From the NCBI GenBank assembly GCA_028534125.1, contig CM052817.1, positions 25,670,001-25,734,000 on the forward strand: 64,000 bases of DNA. Direction: 5' to 3'. A program made the translations under genes and the position numbers. Positions within the stretch are counted from its first letter, which is position 1. Each line of letters opens with the position of its first letter. This DNA is from Lama glama (taxonomy: Eukaryota). The notes below the pieces were generated by a model. It searched no databases. It was not told the DNA's origin and saw only the letters and a list, made by a program, of their open reading frames with translations. Positions 13,001 to 25,000 of this stretch are shown here, piece by piece.

Positions 13001-16000
13001 ACCTCTTTCATTCCACTGGGGTCTTGGGTCTTGCTTTTCTAGTTTTTATATTGAAACTTGAGTTCTACATAATACAAGTGGTTTTGGCTACACAGATGTC
13101 TCTACTTTTTATTCAAAGCCTGAACATGGATGGAAATGAGGTGACCTATAATTTAAAGAGAAATCTGAGTAGTTACTTCTTAAGAAGATAAATCAAAATG
13201 GAAGATTTAAGTATAATCAAGAATATGATGCTTCTTGTCCAAGAAGATGATTAAATACTGGGGTAGTTTACCAAAATAGAAATACTGTCAAATCTTCTCT
13301 CAGAATTATATTCCTTTAATTAGAAAAAAATTTTTGATATGAAAATGAATATATGTATGTATATGCATGACTGGGACATTGTGCTGTACACCAGAGACTG
13401 ACACATTGTAACTGACTGTACTTCAATTTAAAAATTTTTTGATAAGAAAAACTTATTTTTTGGATTTAATTTTCTGAATAAGGAATACATTCACATGATT
13501 TAAAATTTTTGAACCATGAAAGGCTATTCAGTGAATGTTCCCTCTTGCCCCATCTCCCACACGCATCCCACCACATCATGTGGTTCCTTCCCTTCTCCTG
13601 TTCCTCTGCCACAGACAACCAAGGCAGCCAATTAGTTTTTTGTGGGTAGATGGATAGAGGATAAATTTGTACTTTTATATGCTATTAAAATGTATTTTTG
13701 TCCTTATTTACACAATTGGTAGAATATCATTCAGATATGTCATTAATGATATATCTTAGAGATCTTTCCACATAAGTGCTTCCTCATTCCTTTTTCACAA
13801 CTTCATAGTATTCCAAATACCTGGTATTACAACTACCTAGTATTCTTGGTACTCCATACCACCGTGTCTTTAAATGACCTCTTGTTTAGATTGTGTCTAA
13901 TCTTTTGATATTGCAAACAAACTAGCAGTAAACTTGTACATATGACATTTCTCTCTTATATAAGTAAATCTAGAAGATAAATTCCTAGAAATAGAATTGC
14001 TGGCTCAAAGGGCTTGCACATTTGTAACTTGGATAGTTATTGCCAAATGACCTATCCAAGACATTGTACCAATTTTTCCTCTCAACTTACCTTAGTATAT
14101 GAGAGGACCTATTGCCCCTTGCCACAGAGTATGACGTCAAGATTCTGGGGATTTTTGCCAATCTGACGGATGAAAATGGCACCTCAGTGTAGCTTTAATT
14201 TGCTTTTTCACTGAATGTAAGCTCCATGACAGCAGAAACCTTTAGTGTGGTTCACTACTGTATCTCCTATACCCGATGGCCAATATTATTGGCACATAAT
14301 AAACACCAAAAAATATATATATTTTTGAAAGAATTTAGTCTGAGTGAGACCAAAACAACCTTTCATATGTTTAAGAACTATTTGTATTCCCTTTTCTGTA
14401 AACAGTCCATTCTTACCCTTTACCCATTGGCTTACTGGGCTATGATCTTTTCTTCCTCAATTATCAGAAACTCCTTCTGTGCTAGGAAAGGTTGCTGATC
14501 TGTTATGAACTGCAAATAACTTTTCCCCAGTTGTTTTTGCTGTATACATTCTTTTTCACATGGTCAAATTTATTAGTGTTTTGGCTGAGTTTTGTGTCAC
14601 GAGTGGAAGGCCAGCTTTGAGTTAGTTATAAATAAACTCTACCATCATTTCTTCTAAATTTTTGTGGCTTCATGTTTCCATTAAAATCATTGATCTGTTT
14701 GGAATTTATGCTGTATTAGTATTAGTGTGAGCTCTGGATTAAGTAAATTTTCTTTTCCTAGATGACTATTTAATTGTCCCAGCATCATTTATTCAGTAAT
14801 TCTTTGTTTTCCTATTGATTTGATATGCCATTTTCATCATTTACTTAAGTTCTGAACTTTCTAATGTTTTACTGGATACTTTAATCTAGTTAAATATCAC
14901 TGCCATAATGGAATGTACACTTCTCTTTATTCTTCTATGTCAATTTTTTTGTCTCATGTTGCCAGTTTATTTTTCATTGGGATATTGAAATGAACTTGCT
15001 TATTTATTGATTTAGAAAAAATGGCATCTTTTTATATTCATCTTCCTTTCAAGAACATGATATACCATTCCTTTTGTTCAAGTCATTCTCATGTCTCTCA
15101 GGAGCATTTTTCTGAAGTTTTCTTCAGAAAGACCTTACACATTTCTTATTAAGTTTGTTTCTAATTTATCTTTTGCCCTGATTTGAAATGCAGTGTATCC
15201 TCTAACTTGTTGTTGTTTAAATATACAAATGCTATTTGATTTTTTATAGTAATTTTGTACCCTTCCCCTTACTGGATTTTTCAAAGATTTTTTTTTAGGG
15301 AATTACCTTAGATTTTCCAGGTACACATCATATCTTCTGCAATATAAGTGATCATTTTACCTATTCTTTCCAACTTGTAAACCTTGTATTTCTGTCTCTT
15401 ATCTAATTGTGTTGATAGGACTTCTAGGACAGTGGTGGATAAAGTGGCAATAGCAAACATTCTAGAACATTTTTAGCTTTAGCTGGGCATGCTTTTCGTG
15501 TTTCCCTACTAAGCATGATTCTAGGTTCTTGTCTGAGACAGATATATTTTACCACATTAAGGAAGTACCTACTTATTTTTATTAAGAGTTTTTATGAAGA
15601 ATGGGTATTGTATTTTGTCAAATACATTTTTAGTACCTATAGAGATGATCCAATAATCATTCCCTCAGATCTGTTAACATGATGAGTGACACAGTAGATG
15701 TCCCGAACTGTCCCTGTATTCCTGGAGTAAGCCCCACAAGACCATAGTAGGAATGTGCGTGCCAGTTTGCACATATGCATGTTTTTAACCTGTGCTACTG
15801 TATCCTTTTGCTAATATTTGTTGAGGATTTTTGCATAATATACATAAGTAAGATTCCTCAATGCCTTCACTTTAGACAAATCCTCCTTAGGTTTAAATAT
15901 AAATGTTTATTTCATAAAAAGAAGCAGGAAATATCCTTGTTTTCTACGGTCTGTAATAGTTTAAATACCATTGGAAATATCTGTTGCTTAGAGACTGTTA

Positions 16001-19000
16001 AAATTCCCCTGTGAACTGCTCTTCCTGATTTTTTTTGAGAGATAACTGACAAATTCTCTATTTCTTCTATGACAATTGTTTTGTTTAGATTTTCTATTCT
16101 TCTGGTGTCAGCGCTTATAAATTTCTCCAGAAAAGTATCCATCTTAAAAATTACACATTTAAAAAATTAAGATAACAACTACTCTTCAAGGGGCAGGAAT
16201 AGATGCCTCTTTGAAGCATCTCCAGCAGAAACTGAGGGCCCTTTCCTTCCTGTAGAAATGCTAAAATAACCACCAAGGTTCAAGTTTCTTCTTATGGAGC
16301 ATATACCTCTAAAGAGTAAATGACAGAGCTCTCCTGACTGATTAGAACAGAGGTGGGAAAACGAGACCAGTCTTTACCAGGGTTCAGGGCTCCCGTCCCC
16401 ACACTCTTTTCCTCACAGATCCAGTGCATTGGAGGCCCTTAGCATCTTTACTTTTATTTTGTTGTCAGTAAGTACCAACCACATCTATGGGATTAGATTG
16501 ATCCACCTTGTCTGTCACACTAAAAGTTCCCAGTAGTCTGTGATTTTTGTCTTTTCAGCCCTGTACTTCTCAAGGCTGGTTGCGGGAGGCAGAATTCTAA
16601 GACGGCCCCCAAGATTCCCACCCCTGCCTTGTAAGTCCCTTCCCTTGAGCGTGGCCAGGGCTGTGAATAAGTTCTCATTCCTGTGATTGGGTTACACTAA
16701 GATGAAGAGTTTTCACAGGTGTAATGAACATTCCAAATCACTTGATTTTGAATTATTTAAAAGGAAGACCACCCTGGGTGGGTCTGACTTAATGAGATAA
16801 AAGCCCTTAACTGAGAGCCTGGGCTCTCCCTGAGGTCAGAGGGGGTCTCTCACTGGGCTCAAAGAAACAAACTGGCATGTCCTGAACTGTCTACAGGAAG
16901 GGTCATGTAGCAGGGGTCTGCAGGCGGCCTACAGGACCTGAGGGTGGCATCTGGCAGAGAGCCAGGTAAGAAGCCAGGGCCCTCAGTCTACATCCTCAAA
17001 TAAATGAGTTCTGCCAACAATCTGAACAAACTTGGATGGGGAGCCCCAAGATGAGAACGCAGGCCAAGTCACATTTTGAGCTCAGGCTTATGAGTCTCTG
17101 AAATCCAGCAGCTGTGCCCAGATTTCTGACCCACAGGAACTATGAGATAATAAAGGTGTGTTGTTTTAAGCCACTAAATTTGTGGTGATTTGTTACACAG
17201 TAATAGAAAATGGAGAAAGTGGTCAACAGATCCCTGGCCTGAAAAATCGCAAGAAGTAGTAATTTAAAATGCAGGTTCTAGGACCCTGTCCCAGATCTAT
17301 TGAATTACGACCTCCCTTCACAAAGGCTCAGGAGTGTTTGATGGTTGATTCTGATGTACGTTAAAGCTTCAGAATGAATTGCCATGTGAATAATTTGTTT
17401 AGACATCTTTGACAAAGCATCTTATTAACTTCCAGAATTGGAGATTTGGAGATAGGTCTTTTTAATGGTTAAAATCCCAAAAGAGCCTATTCATGAAACC
17501 AAATAATGATTGAGGAAAATTAATAGCCCTCTTTTGGTTGGAAAGCCAAACTGCTCGTCATTTGCTTATTCATTCAGTTTGTTGATGCTTCATATCATGG
17601 TATGACCATCATTCAGAAAGCCATTATCTGTCAAAATGATGGCTGGTCCAAAGTAACTCTCTACCAGTACATTATCTTTTATTTCTCCTAGTATCCAAAA
17701 TCATGTAAGTTATATGCTAATAGGAAAACTTCTGAAAAATTGATAAAAAGCAAAAAGGTAGGCTACATGTCATTTTAATACCTTCTTCAGAATAGCTAAA
17801 ACAGGTGGAAATTTTTTTCTAGTTTTACACTGAGAAATAGAGTTTCTTTCAAATCATATTAATTCAGCAACACTAGTTAAGGCAGCAGAAGCAGTCAGAA
17901 ATATTTTAAAACTTCACAGAAGTCTTTTCATGAATTTGTCAAATCTCTGAACCAAACATTTTTTTGACTTTTTCCAAGAAACTCAGCAGAGCCTAAAAAA
18001 TTAAAAAGAAGCCCAATCTGAGTTTTGACCTAGCTAAACCCAGTGAACAAAATGGATTTCCAACAGTGGAAACTTTGATTGAAAAATAAAGCCCCACGCC
18101 TTACGTCTCGAATAAAGTCCTTATCACTCCGACCACGACAATGTCTGGGTTAACCTCTGATATTTCTTTTTCTCCTTTTTGAAAATTTCCATCACTTTTT
18201 AAAATGCTTTATATCTATGATAGCAGGTAGCTAATGTCAATTCATCCTTCCAAAGAAATTCTTGAGTCCCACTGAGTAATGGAAACTTATGAGGTGTTTT
18301 CTTCACTTAGTTCCTGATGATTTTCATGTCAAAGACAAGGTCCATCTCCCACAGTCAAGGCACATTTAAAACTTCCCCATCCTAGTCAGGCTCTCCTGTC
18401 TGGTAAGGACATTTGCCCCACCAGTTTTTGATATTCCTATCCCCAAAAATACTTTTCAGGTACATTTTACTTGGCTGTTAAATTGGAAAGCCGAAAAACA
18501 AAACAAGGAGAAGTAAACAGGTTTAGGTGTCCATACTGTATTTGACCCTCTCTGATCTCTTCCTCCCCATAGTGAGTTTATCCAGTTTTGTTTTGATTCC
18601 TTATTTGTCTGCCTCCATGTGTGCAAACATTGTATTTTATGTACAGTTATATTCCCCAGAACCCACCTTAGAGCATGACATATAATGGGTATTCAATGAA
18701 GATGTGTTGAATGACTGAAAGAATGTTATTTAACTTCTTTGTGTCTCATGTGAGCGGAATGACACCAAGGACCCTTCCTGCTGTGCTTCCCCTGCAGGAG
18801 GCTGAGCCCCCTGGCCTGCGGGGAGGCACCGGACCAGGTAAAGTCACCTCCGCGCAGCACCCGTGTGGCCTTGTGGGCAGCGGCAACCAGATAGCCTCTC
18901 GCAGCAGGGCCCGGGCCTCCCATGACATGTTCAGTTCAAAGCTTGGCTGGTGGGTACTGATGCCTGAACTGCCCAGATCGTTTCTTCGTGACTTGGGCAA

Positions 19001-22000
19001 AGCTAATGAGGCTGCCTTGAGACTAAGTGGAAGAAAATAAACGTAAGGGTAAAACAAGGTAATAAAGATGTATTTTGATGTACTGTGAAAAATAGAAAGC
19101 ACCACTAAGTCCAGAACAGTATTTTCCCAGCATCGTTTTAAGCCCAGTCGAGGGCCCTGCTCGGAACTTAGCAGGCCCAGTGTGTGCGCGCAGCAGGGGG
19201 GCTGTGGCAGCTAACCCTGGAAATGATGACCTCGTACTTTGAGGGATTCAGCCACAACTCTGCGGACACAGTGGCAATAAATGGCTAAACCTTTACCCGC
19301 AAAGTACTTGGTTTCCTCATAAGAGCTTTTCCAAAGATGAAGGAATTCAAGTGAATCCTCACAGATTACTTAGATCAAGACAGATGTGAAGATCTTCAGG
19401 TGGTTTGGTGATTCTTAGTCAGTTCTCTAATCTGGCTTCCAAAAAAAACTTTCAGTCTTAATTATTTCTTCCTATTACTATAGAAATACAAAACTTCCAT
19501 ATTGCATCATTTTGGCCTTTCCATCACACGAAAGCGTGAGCACTTCTGTGCAAGCCCAAGATAGCCAGCAGCTTTTTAGGGCTAATAGAACCAATTACAG
19601 TGGCTTAAAATAGATTTCCATTATTCAAGGTGCCAACTCCCTACTATGTTCAAAGCTCCATCTGTTATTATTAACAGTGGTCCTAAAACTACTCAGCTGT
19701 TCCCAATCTGGCCAATGTGAAAATCAAATGAGGATGGGAAAATAAATGACTGCAGAATTATCTGGAATTAACAATTAAAGAGGAAAGAAACTCCTGAAAC
19801 AGACAGCTGCCAGTATTCTGAGCCATTGACTCTGTTTCTGACTCATTCACACTGCAGGTATACTTAATATTCCAAGGAATGAAGCTGATGAAGCATTTAA
19901 CCATTCTCCTTTCATTATTTTGGATAAGCATCATCAAGAGTTATAATCTAGGGGGGAAAGTATTTGAAAGGCCTGTGTAAGACAGCAGCAGCCGTTTTTT
20001 CAACACTGAGGATGTAAAGTTGTATTTATTTGACAAATAGTTATTAAGTACCTACTATGTATCTTTATATGCACTGTGCTCTGAGCTGGGGATGCAGTGA
20101 TGAGAATTATCAGACAGTGTCCCCGATCTCAGAAGCTAACTGGCTCATGGAAGAGACATCAATCGATAACAAAAAATAAAATAGCAACAAAAATGTAAAT
20201 TAATTGCCACAAAGAGAGATGTGTGATGTTGAGGGTGTAATTTACCTGGTCCACTAGGTCTGAGACAACTTCCCTGAGGAAATATTAGTTAAGCCAAGAT
20301 CAGAAGGGCAGGGTAGGAGCTAACTAGACAAAGGCAGGGGGGGGAAAGGGGGTGGTTTGCAGTGGGGTGGTGAGGGAGCCTTGATGGTTGGTAGGGACAG
20401 TCTGGAAAAAGAGAAGATGTTTATCTGCATATATCATCAGTTCTTCCAGACCAGGCACAATTGGCTGTCACATAAAGTCATTCAGTGAATGAATAGAATA
20501 AATTATCCTCTTTTGCCGACAGATTCTTCACACTTAAGAATTTCTTCCTGCAGGCAGAGTCACCCTCTGCATTTTGATCTAGTCTGTAACCAAGCAGATG
20601 GTTATAACCTTTTCTGTTTTATGAACCCAAATCTGTATTTTAAGAGTCATAAATATCATAGTTAAGCAAGAAAAAATTAAATTTTCATGTTATCTTGCTT
20701 GGTTGCTGGACACCTGGCACCAGTAAATTATCTTCCCTTCCATAGGAAATTGAAACCTGCTTAGTCTTTATTTATACTGGCCTTAAACATGTTGCAAATT
20801 ATAATTTTACGTTGCCATTAGTTTTATTTTGGGGTAATACATATTACTGGGTCATCCGCTTCCTTTTGTCATTTGGCAGTTCTCATGCACAGCAAAATTC
20901 TGTTTCCTTTGCATTGTGGTCCCCAAGAGCCCACCCACGTTAACTGCCAGTGCCAAAATGTTACTTTGCAGATGATTCACGTTGTCTCATACAAGCTCCT
21001 TCCTACTTACTACCTCATAGAGAAAATGTCTCATCTCTGTTTCCAGTGTTAAATGTAAAAGAGCAAGAAGAGTTTTGATCTATGGCTTGAAGCAGCAGGA
21101 GAAAACGTCCCCGCTCGTCACTGCCTTTAAGCGGTGTGCCAGAAAGTGCATCCGCTGGACAGAACTGAGTTTGGCCTCTCACCCTGCTAGGAGCTGGCGT
21201 TGGGTCAGTTACTTTCAACTCTCTTAGCTTCAGTTTTCTCATCAGGAAAAAAGTGAAGTTTTTATGAAACAAAACAAAATGATGTGTGTGAATGTACGGT
21301 GCTTAATGAGTTTTTATAGTTTAATTTGTTTACATTCTCCTAAGGAACCAGGGTAGACTCTCCTGAACTGTGGTGTCAGCTCTGCACAGGCAGGGACCGT
21401 GCTGTGTTCTGGCCACTGCATTGTCAATGCTTAGCACAATTTCTGACCCATAGTCAGTGTTCAGTAGATTTTGACTGAATATTTGAAGGTGAAGAATTTC
21501 AAGTTTTAAAAATCTCATCATTTTTGATGGACATAGAAGGGAGAGATGAAAGGACTCCCTTAACTGACCCATGCAGCAGGAGTAAGTGGACGCTCTAATC
21601 CTGGGAATGCAGTGTCCTACATGTAGGTATGTATTTATTGGCTGTCCAGCTAGTGGACATCTCAGGGGAACTGTCTAGTACACAAGAAGCCAGAGAAGCA
21701 GATAGACCTTCTCCCCGCTTCCTGGTACCCAGAAAACCAATCTGCGGCCTGTATTCCATCAGCCAGATACCCCTCCTTGGGGTTTGCCATCCTGGACAGT
21801 GAGGCAAAGCTGCAAGGTGGTCAGAGGGTAGCTCTGGCAGCTCCGAGGGAGTGTCCAACGGTGGTGACACCGGCCAAGGCATTCTCACCAGACCTTCCTC
21901 CTGGGACAACTTTGGTTGTATTTTTGGCCATCTGGCCTCCCTTGACTCCTGCTCCTTTTCTAAGCCCAGACTGCCCAATGTTCCTGTTGCTGCCAAGGGT

Positions 22001-25000
22001 TACCTACCGGTTTTCCAATACATTTCCTTTCTGCCAAGTCAGCCAAGCTGGTCTCTGTTGTCTGCATCCAGCGCTTCGGGTCTTAGCACACTGCTCCTGC
22101 CCCTGGCCTTGGTCTCCCAGTGTGGTCAGCTCATTAAGGGCTGTTTCTAGGGATGCATTTCAAAGCTACTTTTGCATGGTTCTCAAAATCTCTTCTTCAA
22201 GATGGTCAGTGCTTTTCATTATTCTCTGATATCTTTAGCAATTCTATAAAGTGCATTTTATGCTCTTTAATGAAGTGGAATCATGTTCCCTCTGATCACT
22301 GCTTTGTCTCTCTGTTCATTTTCACCTTTCCCGACCCCAAGGATTCATTTCAACTTCATCTGCTCTTTTTACTTTATATGCATTTCCCCTTAGGGTTTGT
22401 GCGATTTAATAAGCTTTTATTGTGCGTGGACTACATGCCAGATAGTATGCTCGGGACAAGGCTCCAAAGAGGAATGAGAGAGTCATCACCTGTGTGCAGA
22501 TAATAAATGAGATGTAGAATAGATTAACGCCAAGGCAGGCAACAGAAGCCATCACGCTTCCCAGAGCAAGGAGGGAAATACTAGAGATGCATAACAGCCT
22601 GGGGTTGGATGCTACGACGTCGCTCTCTACAGCGATGAGACTCATGTACTGTCTCCGTCTCTCCGTGTTTCCTCCGCCCCCAGTACGTGGCAGCCCCGTG
22701 CAGCGCCAGGGTGTTGGTAATCTCCCCTTAGTTCTCTCTTATCGTTTTTGAGGCTGTGAGGCTCTCCATATCTCTGTGTGGATGTGTGCCACAATACTCA
22801 CTTTGCGATACGTGAACAACTGGAGAGACATTCTGGAACATACAGCCGGGGCCGACAGCAGGCTGCTCTGCTGAAGAGGGCATAGTCACTGCTCTCTTTG
22901 AACTACATTTTTTTTTCACTTATGTTAATGCTTCTCTAGAGAACCATACTGGCACATTTTTTCCCCTTACATTCTCACTCCTGCCTATAATCCATCATTA
23001 CAAAAAGAGGCCTTAAAAACAGCCCTCGAGGGAGATATTATTTCCTTCCCATTTCTCCCTCAGAAAGAGCAACTTATAATGGGAGGGGAAAAAACGCATT
23101 TAGGTTAAAGGAATATATATATATATATATATATAACAAGAACAAATCTTCTTCTTCCCCTCTTTAAGATGCCAAGCCTCAAAAGGACTCTTGGTTTTTA
23201 AAAAAGGCCATCACCCCTTGGCCCGCTCTGAACATTAATATTATATGCCTGGTAATAAAGCCTGAGGATTTTTAGTGAGAGCTATTACACGGAAAGGATG
23301 GCCCAGACAGATTTCTCTGGTGAATGAAAATCATAGGCTTGTAAATAGAACCTGAGAGGTTAGTCTCGTGGTTTGCTAGGGCTTTAAATCGCCCGCTCCC
23401 CCGCTGACAGGGGTGGACGGGGAGCTACTGACTTTTTCTCAGACGACGCTGCAGTGCTCAAAATTATGACTTGAAAAGAGAAAAGGTGAGAATTCCAAAG
23501 GCAACCAAAAGCCCAGCAGCACCAGGTTAAAGCACGCCTGGGACCTGCGTGTCAGCACGGGTACTGGCCAAGAGGGGAGCGCAGAGGAAGCGCCATTTTC
23601 TCCCTTTAAAAATGGATTTTGCCATTTGAAACAACCCTCTGATTCTTACCTCATTCACCAAATAAAACTCACTGACCACACAAAACTTCTATCAAATTTC
23701 CCCACATTTAGCTGGTATCAAGTAATTACTTGGCTAATGCTTATTTTTAACCATAGGTTAGTCATTTTAATGCTAATGCTGAGATTGGAAAGCCTAAATT
23801 TTTTTTTAATTGAGCTTTTTAGGCGCACCCAACCCAGGTTTTCCTCAGGCCAGGGGTCTGAGGACCTCCTGGTTTAAATAGCTCAGAAAAGTCTCCAGGC
23901 ACAGGCGCCAGTGAAATGATGTGCAAATCTCTAAGTGGCCACAGATGCAGCTGCAGTGAGGAGCTCAGGGTTTGTTCCATTTCCTTTCATTTTTGAAACC
24001 TGTTTACCCACCAGACTTGAAGCTTCCTTGTCTAAGTTCTCATAAAGTACGAAGGAGCCTGCTCACTGGCTGTGCGTGGAAGCCGTGGGGCATCAGTCAT
24101 AATTCTGCGGTTCTCAGAGTCAAGCATATTATTTCTCCCTGATGAAGAAGAGATTTGCCCATGTCACCTTCTCCCTCTCTTTCTTTCTAATACAATTTGA
24201 CAACTTGAATTCAGAAGGAGTCTTCACAATAAGAAGGAGATCGACCCACAGCATCTGTGCTAACATCCCCCTTAGCTGCTCTAATTAGATTCCCTTATTC
24301 CATTTCTAGTTCTCAAGAGAGGACAGGGGACTTTTTAATTGGGGCTATTAGATGTTCTCTTTGTGCAATGACACCCTCGGCTAAGCGAAGGCTCTAGCAA
24401 AGAGCTGTGCCCACTCTGCAATTACTTCTTGCAATTCTGAGGAATAATGGTATCTTGTCTCATTTAAAAATAAACCTGAGGCTTATTCCTTATTGCTTTC
24501 TCCCCTCTGCCTACTCACATATACTTCTTCTTGCCAATTAAGCAAACTTTCCATTACTTAAGGAGCTAGTTTTGATCATAACTGTCCCTTGATAATAAGA
24601 CATATTACACTAGTTTTCATTTGCTCACAGCTCCTTTCTTCCAGATACAAGACTAATTTAAATGAGCTCAGATCATTTGATTCTCTGTTTAGAGTGAAAG
24701 GGTGGAGCGTTGGGATTCCAGCGGTGCTTTTTTTGCATGTCACTGAACTCACCTGAAATAACCCGCACGTTCAGGGTTCGAAGTTTCTCAGAATCACTTC
24801 CTCTTAAGAGAACAGATGTAGATTTGTATTTATGACCTATTCCAAGAAAAGAAATTAAATATTTAGATGATAAGCTTGCACATTCTTAACATGTATTCCC
24901 CATGTTGTTTCAAAGGATTACCAAGGAAAATGGGCCATTCACAGCAGAGCCCGGAGTAGCAGGACATTAAGAGCTTTTCCCTATTAAGTTATTTTCCATT

